This document shows positions 28,112 through 36,100 of a stretch of DNA of 64,000 nucleotides, piece after piece. Origin of the DNA: a virus; the IMG/VR virus record IMGVR_UViG_3300032288_001980, positions 64,001 through 128,000 of that record; one strand, written 5' to 3'. Position 1 is the stretch's first letter. Every line of letters starts with the position of its first letter. Made by a program: the position numbers and the translations under genes. The notes below the pieces were generated by a model that was given only the letters and a program-made list of their open reading frames with translations, had not been told where the DNA came from and did not search any database.

Positions 28112-28351
28112 ATGAAAAGAAATTTCGATGAAATAGTTCAATGGATAGGTGCAATAGCCATTGTTAGTGGCCACACACTTAATACTCTAATAGAGTACAA
28201 CTTTAATGTTAGACCCTGGAATATCCTGGCTTTTAGCCTGGGTACTATAGCATTTTTGATATGGGCGTTGCGTGTTCGCAACGGTCCCCAGATCCTTGTT
28301 AATATTGTAAGTATGACTATCTGCGCCTTGGGCTTGTATAGGGCACTTTAA
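28112..28351 (+). CDS. Small 3-TM membrane protein, leaderless
   Basis: ATG 6 nt after TATAAT; three hydrophobic segments. Track start 28097 lies inside the promoter. Confidence 0.65.
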   Translation: MKRNFDEIVQWIGAIAIVSGHTLNTLIEYNFNVRPWNILAFSLGTIAFLIWALRVRNGPQILVNIVSMTICALGLYRAL

Positions 28352-28355
28352 TTGG

Positions 28356-28384
28356 TTGACAAATAATCCAATTTATTGTATAAT
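28356..28384 (+). promoter_or_regulatory. Consensus early promoter cassette copy 2
   Basis: TTGACA-aataatccaatttattg-TATAAT. Confidence 0.9.
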
Positions 28385-28412
28385 TATGGCATACTGAAAA
28401 AGGAGCTTCGAT

Positions 28413-28553
28413 ATGCGAGTAGTGTTCAATAAAATGCTTAATGGTTGGTACATTGTACGTGGGCGCCACGATACCCCAATCAGCGGTCGTTTTGACACTA
28501 AGGAAGCCGCACTGGCACACCTGCGTCGTCGTAACCCCTTTCACGTGGCCTAA
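28413..28553 (+). CDS. 46-aa early protein missed by the ORF track (MRVVFNKMLNGWYIVRGRHDTPISGRFDTKEAALAHLRRRNPFHVA)
   Basis: AAGGAG RBS, first ORF after promoter copy 2, stop abuts the next ATG. Confidence 0.75.
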   Translation: MRVVFNKMLNGWYIVRGRHDTPISGRFDTKEAALAHLRRRNPFHVA

Positions 28554-28554
28554 C

Positions 28555-28863
28555 ATGGACAAAGTCGTTGCCAATAACCCTGCACTCTTTAGGGCTTATA
28601 TGAAATCAATTCCTACCGTGGATCTCAAGTTCTGCGAATACGACAAGAGCCGCAAGGTTCTTAAGTTGGCGTCAGAGTTCTTTGGCATGCCCAAGGAATT
28701 TTACGTCAAGAGCCATCACACTGGCAAGACTGTTCGCTTTACTCCAGTGGGTCCTGAGGACAAACTTTTCGACCCGGACCAGTGGGACGGCGAACAACAG
28801 GTCTATCGCCCCGTAGGTGTTGTGCCTGGCGTGGATCACATGGTTATCTATCACGCATGGTAA
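28555..28863 (+). CDS. Hypothetical early protein
   Basis: ATG 1 nt after the upstream stop; track start 28441 overlaps the 46-aa gene. Confidence 0.7.
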   Translation: MDKVVANNPALFRAYMKSIPTVDLKFCEYDKSRKVLKLASEFFGMPKEFYVKSHHTGKTVRFTPVGPEDKLFDPDQWDGEQQVYRPVGVVPGVDHMVIYHAW

Positions 28864-28864
28864 T

Positions 28865-29125
28865 ATGAACAGCCAACAAATTTCTGATGCTGTCTATGCC
28901 TGGGCTTGCCAGCAGGACTTTTCAGCACCATACGGTGTGCTACAGGGTCAGCATGTTAATGCAAAAGGTCATAAATTTCTAGCCGTTACTTTTGGTCGTG
29001 CCAGAACCCTGGATGCCACTGTGGAAATTTATAACAGAAATTTTATGTTAGTGCGTACTAACAGACACGGAACCCAAGTATTTAAAGATGTTGTAGTTTT
29101 ACAACAATTTCTAAATACCCTGTGA
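28865..29125 (+). CDS. Hypothetical early protein
   Basis: TAA-T-ATG junction; ends at the next promoter cassette. Confidence 0.65.
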   Translation: MNSQQISDAVYAWACQQDFSAPYGVLQGQHVNAKGHKFLAVTFGRARTLDATVEIYNRNFMLVRTNRHGTQVFKDVVVLQQFLNTL

Positions 29126-29126
29126 G

Positions 29127-29155
29127 TTGACAATAAATCCAATTAATTGTATAAT
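29127..29155 (+). promoter_or_regulatory. Consensus early promoter cassette copy 3
   Basis: TTGACA-ataaatccaattaattg-TATAAT, then AAGGAG RBS. Confidence 0.9.
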
Positions 29156-29185
29156 ATTGACATTGCTTAACAAAAGGAGTTCACA

Positions 29186-29680
29186 ATGAATTGTAGCCCC
29201 ACCCTTACTGCTGAAGAATTCAAGACCCTGCATAACGGTCTTTGGGAATTAGATTGCATGGTTAATAAATTGCTCAACGGCAATGTCTATGAAGGTCAGA
29301 AGTTGGAGCAGATTGCCAAGACTCTGCGTGACAGCCTTAAAGGTGCTTACGAGCAAGACCACAAGGCATTTGAAACAAAAAGCAACCACTACGACGATGT
29401 CAAGGCTCAGTTGGGTCTAGACCATAGCACCTGGAGCATCTACGAAGTAGACAATCTTGCTGACCGCCACCCCTTTGAAGGTGCTACTCATGTGGTTTAC
29501 AAAGATCACTGGGGTGACAAGCCTGTTACAAAAGAAATTATGGGTTCCACTTGGGCCGCTTTGTATGTTGCCGCTAATGCCGCTATTCGCGACAGTGGTG
29601 ATGCTCATCATATCTTTATTGAGCAGTTCAAGCCTACTAAGGCCGACTCTAAAGTTCTTAACCTTTCTACCGGGAGTTAA
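29186..29680 (+). CDS. Hypothetical early protein
   Basis: AAGGAG RBS; 164 aa. Confidence 0.75.
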   Translation: MNCSPTLTAEEFKTLHNGLWELDCMVNKLLNGNVYEGQKLEQIAKTLRDSLKGAYEQDHKAFETKSNHYDDVKAQLGLDHSTWSIYEVDNLADRHPFEGATHVVYKDHWGDKPVTKEIMGSTWAALYVAANAAIRDSGDAHHIFIEQFKPTKADSKVLNLSTGS

Positions 29681-29681
29681 T

Positions 29682-29909
29682 ATGGGTGCAATGAAAGATC
29701 TCAGTTACGACATCGAGCAGTTGTTTATTGAAGGCCTTAATGCCGGACAAATTGCTCGAGAGCTTGGCTGTCCTAAGGAAATCGTGTTCCAGTGGATTGC
29801 GGATCAAAGTATTAGACCGTTTGATCAGTGGAAGCCTGACGCACAGGAGCGTTTGATTAAAGACTTAGTTTCTGAAGAACTTAGTCCGTTTCAAACGGTA
29901 AACTCGTGA
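29682..29909 (+). CDS. Small protein with possible HTH
   Basis: GGGAG RBS; GLNAGQIARELGCPKEIVFQW resembles an HTH. Confidence 0.55.
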   Translation: MGAMKDLSYDIEQLFIEGLNAGQIARELGCPKEIVFQWIADQSIRPFDQWKPDAQERLIKDLVSEELSPFQTVNS

Positions 29910-30208
29910 ACATTAGAAAACCGCATCCTAACTTAGTTGTTAGGTCGGCGGCCGCCGTAAATTTTTCAGCCGACCAGTGGGGACTTAAAACTGACCAGTT
30001 CCCCAGGATTGTAATTGAAAAAGTAGCATCCTATCTTAACAATCGTCTTAGGATGGCTTATAATCGAGGCGAAGATCAGGAGTCCGCTCGAGCGGCTGTT
30101 ACTATGCTGTTCAAAGATTTTGAAATCTATGGCGCAGGAAGTACTAAGTCAAAAGAACTTCTAGATAAGGTTATTAAAAACCTTTACGTTACTAATATTA
30201 AACTGTAA
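29906..30208 (+). CDS. Hypothetical early protein
   Basis: GTGA overlap; 100 aa. Confidence 0.55.
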   Translation: MNIRKPHPNLVVRSAAAVNFSADQWGLKTDQFPRIVIEKVASYLNNRLRMAYNRGEDQESARAAVTMLFKDFEIYGAGSTKSKELLDKVIKNLYVTNIKL

Positions 30209-30217
30209 GGAGCTATC

Positions 30218-30532
30218 ATGGGATTCTTTAGTTGGCAATGTGCAAAAACACAAAAGCCTGTGATGAGTGAATATGCCGTGGGCGCAGGCCCGTTTGGTTT
30301 TGCCAGTCAGGTTGTAGTGCTGTTTAAAAACGGCGACCGCATTACAGGCACTTATGATGGCTATGGACGAGTTGATGGCTTTGAGCTAGTAGACCATCCT
30401 GAAGAACGATGGCGAATGGTTATCCAAAGATACTACAACGGAGAAACATTCGATGAACTGAGCCAAAACAAATATGAGCCCGGACAGGGCTACTTTTGGG
30501 ATGACGAAGACCTTGCAGAAATTTTTAACTAA
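30218..30532 (+). CDS. Hypothetical early protein
   Basis: AAGGAG RBS; GTYDGYGRV motif. Confidence 0.75.
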   Translation: MGFFSWQCAKTQKPVMSEYAVGAGPFGFASQVVVLFKNGDRITGTYDGYGRVDGFELVDHPEERWRMVIQRYYNGETFDELSQNKYEPGQGYFWDDEDLAEIFN

Positions 30533-30544
30533 TATATTATGTTG

Positions 30545-31651
30545 ATGAAAACCAAAGTAACCAAGCTCAGCAAGACTAAACAGAAAGAGCAACGCATTCG
30601 AGCGTTTCTTTCTAACTATGCTGTTCCATTCGAAATGGAAGATGCGGCTATTGATTTGCGTACAATGGCTCGTAATTATACTAATGGCATTATTCCTAAC
30701 AAGGATATTGGGGAAGCCATTAGTGCTGTACTAGGCCCTAGTGCTATTCCTCGTTTGAGTATCGACCCTCGCAATTTAGGTGTGCCGCAATTTGCGTGGG
30801 CACCGATGGATGATGTTGGCATTGACCCTCGATTTCAACGAGATGTAGCACCTAATCACGTAGAAAAGATTGAAGTCGATTTTCAGCCTGACATGATTAT
30901 TGTGCCTTGTGCTATCAAGGATCCTAAAACTGGCAAATACCTACTTTGGGACGGACACCATACTACTCGTGTCTGTGAGCGTATGGGTTGGACCCATATT
31001 CCAGTATGGTACACCGAAGCAGAAATCGACAACGAGCATAGTCTTGCTGAAGCTGAAAAAATTCTTATCTTGAAAGCAGGTCGTAGCTTCTTGACTATTA
31101 ATAAGAAAAACAAGCGACCTGTTGGTAATTACGATGCACACATGATCAGTGTAGAGTGCGGCGAGCCTGAAGCAGTGATGGTACAAAACATTGTCGACGC
31201 TAATAACTGTCAGGTTAAGCGAGCCAGTAGCAAAGCCGGCGACATTAGTCACATCGAACACTTGTACGGCGCTTACGATCTTGTACAGGCCAGTTCAGGC
31301 ATCAAAGGCATTTACCTTGCACGTAGTTTGAAGTTTCATCGTGACACTTGGCCTAAAGAAGAAGTTCGCGGTATTATGATGCTGGCAATGGCTCGACTGT
31401 TCCAACAGACCGAAGTGCAAACAGGCAAACTTTTGCCTTCAAGTTTTGACACAGAGTTTGGCGCTATCTTGAAAAAGGTCTATGGACAAAGTGAAAAAGT
31501 CCACACTCGTCTTAAGGAGCAGTTTGAAGACCATTTTGGTAGCTTGGGTGCTCACCCCGTTGTAGTTACTAGTGGTCTTGTGCTGACTTATATGAAGCAT
31601 GGCACTAAGCACAAGTTGAGTCAACCTGAAGCGACTTATCCTGTAAAATGA
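30545..31651 (+). CDS. ParB/sulfiredoxin-like (DGQHR-related) N-terminal domain protein
   Basis: IDPRFQRDV...P..I....G.Y.LWDGHHT matches the (F/Y)QR + DGQHR-type signature. Confidence 0.6.
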   Translation: MKTKVTKLSKTKQKEQRIRAFLSNYAVPFEMEDAAIDLRTMARNYTNGIIPNKDIGEAISAVLGPSAIPRLSIDPRNLGVPQFAWAPMDDVGIDPRFQRDVAPNHVEKIEVDFQPDMIIVPCAIKDPKTGKYLLWDGHHTTRVCERMGWTHIPVWYTEAEIDNEHSLAEAEKILILKAGRSFLTINKKNKRPVGNYDAHMISVECGEPEAVMVQNIVDANNCQVKRASSKAGDISHIEHLYGAYDLVQASSGIKGIYLARSLKFHRDTWPKEEVRGIMMLAMARLFQQTEVQTGKLLPSSFDTEFGAILKKVYGQSEKVHTRLKEQFEDHFGSLGAHPVVVTSGLVLTYMKHGTKHKLSQPEATYPVK

Positions 31652-32067
31652 GACCTTACGGACTTTATCTTCGCAAGTGCCCGGGGGTTAAAAAGCCTCG
31701 GGACTTCAAGATTGGTATTGCCGCACTAGACAAGATTCGTACTCGTCTTGCGGCATACCAACAGGCCGTGGGTCCTGTTTATACCGAAGAGTTTATTTGT
31801 CTTTGGATCGGCGAAGACATTGATGTTAAAGAAGCCGAAAAGAAAATCAAGCAACAATTTAAACACAAGATTGCCAGCGCAGAAGCAGGGCTCAGCGAAT
31901 GGATCGGCGACATTGACATTAAAGACATCTTAGCCTTTGTCGAAGAACTTAAAACTGAACACTTTATTAAACTAGTAGAAGCACCCAAGGAGTTTGTGCC
32001 CTTAACTATGAATAACTGCGAAGACTTTTTGGAGTGGTTTGAGCCCGAAAAATTGGTTGACAATTAA
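31648..32067 (+). CDS. T5orf172/GIY-YIG-like protein
   Basis: YGLY...DFKIGIA..IRTRL..YQ...EAEK...F......EW; ATGA-coupled to the upstream gene. Confidence 0.55.
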   Translation: MRPYGLYLRKCPGVKKPRDFKIGIAALDKIRTRLAAYQQAVGPVYTEEFICLWIGEDIDVKEAEKKIKQQFKHKIASAEAGLSEWIGDIDIKDILAFVEELKTEHFIKLVEAPKEFVPLTMNNCEDFLEWFEPEKLVDN

Positions 32068-32085
32068 TTCAATTTATTGTATAAT
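32057..32085 (+). promoter_or_regulatory. Consensus early promoter cassette copy 4
   Basis: TTGACA-attaattcaatttattg-TATAAT. Confidence 0.9.
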
Positions 32086-32114
32086 ATTGGCATAGTAACA
32101 AAAAAGGATCGTAA

Positions 32115-32345
32115 ATGATTACTACAGAAACTCGTAAGAATTATGACGAACGCCACGGTGGACCTTTTGACCGCGGTTCGGCAGACAGTTACTACGGGCG
32201 TGGCCGAGACCCTCATTTTTACGTGGGCGGCACGGGCACGTCTGAACGTGTCAGCCAAGAGCAAATGACCCCTGAGGAAATTCAAGCCTATCTTGCAGGC
32301 TATCAGTACAACGAACAATTTGGCAATAAAAAGAATTGGGACTAA
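32115..32345 (+). CDS. Hypothetical early protein
   Basis: AAGGA RBS; RHGGPFDRGSADSYYGR. Confidence 0.75.
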   Translation: MITTETRKNYDERHGGPFDRGSADSYYGRGRDPHFYVGGTGTSERVSQEQMTPEEIQAYLAGYQYNEQFGNKKNWD

Positions 32346-32346
32346 A

Positions 32347-32535
32347 ATGACCGAGCGTAGTGCTATGTTTTTGGTTATGGTGGGTCTCCTGACTACCGGC
32401 TTTGGTGTCGGTGGTGTGGAAAACTCTATGGATAATTTGGAACTATTGTCCGGCCTGCTAGTCAGCGTGTCCGGGCTGGCAATTATGGCCGCGGGCGTAC
32501 TGGGTCTAAAAACGGTTGACAATAAATCCAATTAA
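32347..32535 (+). CDS. Small 2-TM membrane protein
   Basis: ATG after the upstream stop; two hydrophobic helices. Confidence 0.6.
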   Translation: MTERSAMFLVMVGLLTTGFGVGGVENSMDNLELLSGLLVSVSGLAIMAAGVLGLKTVDNKSN

Positions 32536-32544
32536 TTGTATAAT
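32516..32544 (+). promoter_or_regulatory. Consensus early promoter cassette copy 5
   Basis: TTGACA-ataaatccaattaattg-TATAAT, identical to copy 3 across the 29 bp. Confidence 0.9.
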
Positions 32545-32574
32545 ATTGATATGCTAACAAAACAGGAGTCCATA

Positions 32575-32919
32575 ATGGATTACACCCAAGAGCAAGTTAA
32601 TACTATCGTTGCAGAAGCCAAACAGGCTGCTCGCGACGCCGCTACTAAGTTTTTCAACGAAAAGCTCAGTGGCCAAGACCAATTTGCCTGTGGCTTTGCC
32701 TGGGTCGACATTTACGGTGTGCGTGGCAATACCCGACTGGGTAAGATGCTCAAAGCCGCAGGTGTCGAGCGTAGTGATTACAAGAAGTGTTTCAGTCTTT
32801 GGAACCCTTCCGAACTTCCCGTCCAAAATGTCGACACTAAAGAAGCAGGTGCCTTTGCGGCCGCTCGAGTGTTCGAAAAATATGGATTCCGGGCCTATTC
32901 CGGAAGCCGTTTGGATTAA
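32575..32919 (+). CDS. Hypothetical early protein
   Basis: CAGGAG RBS; track start 32536 lies inside the promoter. Confidence 0.75.
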   Translation: MDYTQEQVNTIVAEAKQAARDAATKFFNEKLSGQDQFACGFAWVDIYGVRGNTRLGKMLKAAGVERSDYKKCFSLWNPSELPVQNVDTKEAGAFAAARVFEKYGFRAYSGSRLD

Positions 32920-32960
32920 AAGAATTTATGTTGCTGTCTAATCAATTTCTCCAAAATCAA

Positions 32961-32989
32961 TTGACAGGAATTCGATTTGATAGTAACAT
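32961..32989 (+). promoter_or_regulatory. Sigma70-type promoter followed by a 5' stem-loop
   Basis: TTGACA, 17 nt, TAACAT; TGTAGCA-AGG-TGCTACA at 32996-33012. Confidence 0.65.
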
Positions 32990-33039
32990 AATGGCTGTAG
33001 CAAGGTGCTACAATTTTTCAACAATGACAGGAGTCATAT

Positions 33040-33273
33040 ATGTCTAATAAAACGTTTACTTACGTTGGTGTTTCTACTCTTAAGGGCAAGGTTAAGGCCC
33101 GCTTCACTAATGATGCAACCCGCATCAAAGTGCTGATGAAGAATGGCCACACTGATGTCAACTTTGTGGAGTTGCCCCGCGCAATGACCAAGGCTGAGAT
33201 CCGTGCTGAGGGTCACTTGGATAAAGTGATGCCCAATGCCACTGAGGCAGAAAAAGACGCGGCCAGCGCCTAA
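33040..33273 (+). CDS. Hypothetical early protein
   Basis: CAGGAG RBS; 77 aa. Confidence 0.75.
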   Translation: MSNKTFTYVGVSTLKGKVKARFTNDATRIKVLMKNGHTDVNFVELPRAMTKAEIRAEGHLDKVMPNATEAEKDAASA

Positions 33274-33275
33274 AT

Positions 33276-33303
33276 ATACAGGGGCTAGGCCCCTGTATTT
33301 TCT
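33276..33303 (+). terminator. Intrinsic terminator
   Basis: ATACAGGGGC-TAG-GCCCCTGTAT 10-bp stem running into a short T tract. Confidence 0.65.
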
Positions 33304-33322
33304 GTCAGTTTAAGAAATTGAA

Positions 33323-33351
33323 TTGACAGAAAATACATTTAAATGTATAAT
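33323..33351 (+). promoter_or_regulatory. Sigma70-type promoter with overlapping palindromes
   Basis: TTGACA, 17 nt, TATAAT; contains the perfect palindrome ATACATTTAAATGTAT (33333-33348). Confidence 0.85.
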
Positions 33352-33393
33352 ACATACTTCAACAACACTTTTTGTTTTATTTAGGAGCAACAA

Positions 33394-34473
33394 ATGGCTG
33401 AGAGTCGTACTGTTAAGATTAGCGAAGCGAAAGTTATTATTCGCAAAGCATTGGCCAAAGGCCGCCCTGTTATGATCTGGGGTCCTCCCGGCATCGGTAA
33501 GTCCGACCTCATTGCAGAGCTTGCACAAGAAGATAATCGTCCCGTAACGGACGTTCGTTTGAACTTGTGGGAACCTACTGACATTAAAGGTATCCCTTAT
33601 TACAACTCTACCGAAAACACTATGTCGTGGGCACCTCCCGCAGAACTGCCTACTGACGAAGAAGCCAGCGACATCCTGTTTCTAGATGAACTTGTTAGTG
33701 CGGCTCCTGCTGTTCAGGCCGCGGCCTATCAGTTGGTTCTTAACCGCCGTGTTGGTACTTATAAACTGCCTAAAGGTGTTGGCATCGTTGCCGCTGGTAA
33801 CCGCATGTCAGACAAGGGTGTTACTTATCGTATGCCTAGCCCGCTGGCTAACCGTTTCGTTCACATTGAACTTCGCGTGGACTTTGAAGATTGGCAAAAG
33901 TGGGCTTTGGCTAATCGCATCGACTCCGATGTGGTTGGTTACCTGAGCTTTGCCAAGGGCGACCTGTATAACTTCGATCCTGCTCAACACGATCGTTCGT
34001 TTGCTACTCCTCGCTCATGGAGCTTCGTCAGCGACCTGCTTGACAGCACACTTACCGAGTCTACGCAAACTGACATTGTTGCAGGTTGCGTTGGTGAAGG
34101 CCTTGCTATTAAGTTTATGGCACACCGCAAGGTTGCTAGCAAACTGCCTAACCCTACTGACATTCTTGCAGGTAAGGTCAAGGACTTGAAGGTCAAAGAA
34201 GTGTCTGCTATGTACTCGCTGACTGCTAGCCTGTGCTATGAACTTGTTGACGCTTACCAAAATGCCAAGAAGGCAGGTAACCTTACTGACTGGCATCCCA
34301 TGTGCGAACACTTTATCCAATACATGATGGATAATTTCGAACCTGAGATGGTTATTATGGGTGCCCATACTGCATTGAAGACTCATGCACTACCCTTTGA
34401 GCACAAGAAGCTCAAGAACTTCCCTGAGTTCTTTAAGAAGTATGCACACCTTGTTATCGATATCGGTAACTAA
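33394..34473 (+). CDS. MoxR-like AAA+ ATPase
   Basis: Walker A WGPPGIGKS, Walker B LFLDEL, VAAGNR, PLANRF, TPRSW. Confidence 0.9.
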   Translation: MAESRTVKISEAKVIIRKALAKGRPVMIWGPPGIGKSDLIAELAQEDNRPVTDVRLNLWEPTDIKGIPYYNSTENTMSWAPPAELPTDEEASDILFLDELVSAAPAVQAAAYQLVLNRRVGTYKLPKGVGIVAAGNRMSDKGVTYRMPSPLANRFVHIELRVDFEDWQKWALANRIDSDVVGYLSFAKGDLYNFDPAQHDRSFATPRSWSFVSDLLDSTLTESTQTDIVAGCVGEGLAIKFMAHRKVASKLPNPTDILAGKVKDLKVKEVSAMYSLTASLCYELVDAYQNAKKAGNLTDWHPMCEHFIQYMMDNFEPEMVIMGAHTALKTHALPFEHKKLKNFPEFFKKYAHLVIDIGN

Positions 34474-34484
34474 TGATTGCTCCT

Positions 34485-34516
34485 GGACGTGGCACTTCGG
34501 TGCCCGTCCTTTTTTT
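34485..34516 (+). terminator. Intrinsic terminator
   Basis: GGACG-T-GGCAC-TTCG-GTGCC-CGTCC followed by T7. Confidence 0.9.
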
Positions 34517-34520
34517 GGTA

Positions 34521-34549
34521 TTGACAGTAAACTCAAAATAATGTATACT
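34521..34549 (+). promoter_or_regulatory. Sigma70-type promoter
   Basis: TTGACA, 17 nt, TATACT; TAGGAG RBS before 34579. Confidence 0.8.
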
Positions 34550-34578
34550 AGCATTAAATAGTTAGGAGCACTATACAA

Positions 34579-35820
34579 ATGACTACACAATCAGAACACA
34601 AAACTTCGCAGACTTTTCCCAAATGTAATCTTCCTTGGGAAAAGATCAAAGACCGTGTTACCAAGGCACGTGTCAAACTCTTGCTCCAACATCCCTTCTT
34701 TGGTAACCTTGCTACTCGTCTTAAAATTGTAGACGCTACCGATCGTATTCCTACTGCGGCTGTTGACGGTCGCAATCTGTTCATTAACAAAGACTTTGTT
34801 CATGCACTAAGTGATGGCGAACTAATGTTCCTTATTGGTCACGAAGTCATGCATTGCGTTTTTGAGCACATGATCCGACGCGGCGACAGAAATCCTCAAG
34901 TGTGGAACATGGCAGGTGATTACGTTATTAACCTCATTCTTGAGCGCGACAAGATCGGCGACGTTATTCGTAAAGTAGATATCTTGCTGGATCGTAAATA
35001 TGCAGATATGACTACTGAACAGATCTATGACAAGCTCATGGAAGATGCTGTTACTATTAAAATGCCGCTGGACATGCACATTGACCTTACTGCTGACGGT
35101 AGCGGCAAGGAAGGTGAAGGCCAAGGTATTGAAGTTGTAATGCCAGGCGCTGGCAAAATGTCAGAAGAAGAACGCAAGGCTCTGCAAGACGAAATTAAAA
35201 ATGCTGTACTGCAAGCCGCGCAGGCCGCAGGCGCAGGCAAAGTCCCAGCGGCTGTTGCTCGCATGATCCAAGAACTTACTGCTCCAAAACTTAACTGGAA
35301 AGACCTGTTGCGTATTCAATTGGAAAGTATGATCCGTAACGACTATTCGTTTACTCGTCCTAGCCGTAAAGCATGGCATACCGGTGCTGTACTGCCTGGC
35401 ATGTTGCCTGGCGAAGAAGTTAACGTACACGTTGCCATTGACACTTCGGGTAGTATTTCGGAAGAAATGATTCGAGATTTCCTCAGCGAAGTTAAAGGCA
35501 TTATGGATAACTACGATGCTTGGAACATTCGAGTGTGGTGTTTTGATACTGCTATTCACGCAGACCAAAACTTTAGTTCTGACCAAGGCGATGACATTCG
35601 TAGCTACCAACCCGGTGGTGGTGGCGGTACTGACTTTATGGTTAATTGGGAATACATGAAAGAACATGACATGGAACCCAAACAACTGGTAGTCTTTACC
35701 GACGGTTATCCCTACGGTGAATGGGGCGACAAGGACTTTTGTGATACCCTTTGGGTTATCAATTCTGGCAGAGACATTACTGCACCTTTCGGAGTAACGG
35801 TACAGTATGAACATAGTTAA
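34579..35820 (+). CDS. Metallopeptidase-like + VWA domain protein (DUF2201-like)
   Basis: TAAVDG, HEVMH (HExxH), WNMAGDYVIN, MIDAS IDTSGS, GGGGTDF, VFTDGY. Confidence 0.88.
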   Translation: MTTQSEHKTSQTFPKCNLPWEKIKDRVTKARVKLLLQHPFFGNLATRLKIVDATDRIPTAAVDGRNLFINKDFVHALSDGELMFLIGHEVMHCVFEHMIRRGDRNPQVWNMAGDYVINLILERDKIGDVIRKVDILLDRKYADMTTEQIYDKLMEDAVTIKMPLDMHIDLTADGSGKEGEGQGIEVVMPGAGKMSEEERKALQDEIKNAVLQAAQAAGAGKVPAAVARMIQELTAPKLNWKDLLRIQLESMIRNDYSFTRPSRKAWHTGAVLPGMLPGEEVNVHVAIDTSGSISEEMIRDFLSEVKGIMDNYDAWNIRVWCFDTAIHADQNFSSDQGDDIRSYQPGGGGGTDFMVNWEYMKEHDMEPKQLVVFTDGYPYGEWGDKDFCDTLWVINSGRDITAPFGVTVQYEHS

Positions 35821-36035
35821 TGAGCTATCGACATACCGTTGTCGCACGTGATCCAAATCATTTAAGCAACATTATTTGGATAGCCAAAGACTATCTGGCC
35901 CTGCATGCCACAGGGCCTTTTTCCGTTTATGCAGAAAACGGAAAAGCAGTAATAGAGCTCAACGAAGCTGAAGACAGTTTTTTGCTCAAACTCAGCACTT
36001 GGAGCGAAGTGTTGGATCATGACCCAGCATCTTAA
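35820..36035 (+). CDS. Hypothetical protein
   Basis: TAATG overlap; 71 aa. Confidence 0.55.
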   Translation: MSYRHTVVARDPNHLSNIIWIAKDYLALHATGPFSVYAENGKAVIELNEAEDSFLLKLSTWSEVLDHDPAS

Positions 36036-36100
36036 GAAGCTAAATATTATAGCTAGCTTTAACAGTAGCAATCATACACAGTAACAAGGAGAACTTTAAA

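Noticed and set aside
28077-32544. Repeated 29-bp elements as a CRISPR array
   Set aside because: Spacing is irregular (279 to 2930 bp), the intervals are intact genes, and the repeats are TTGACA/TATAAT promoters.
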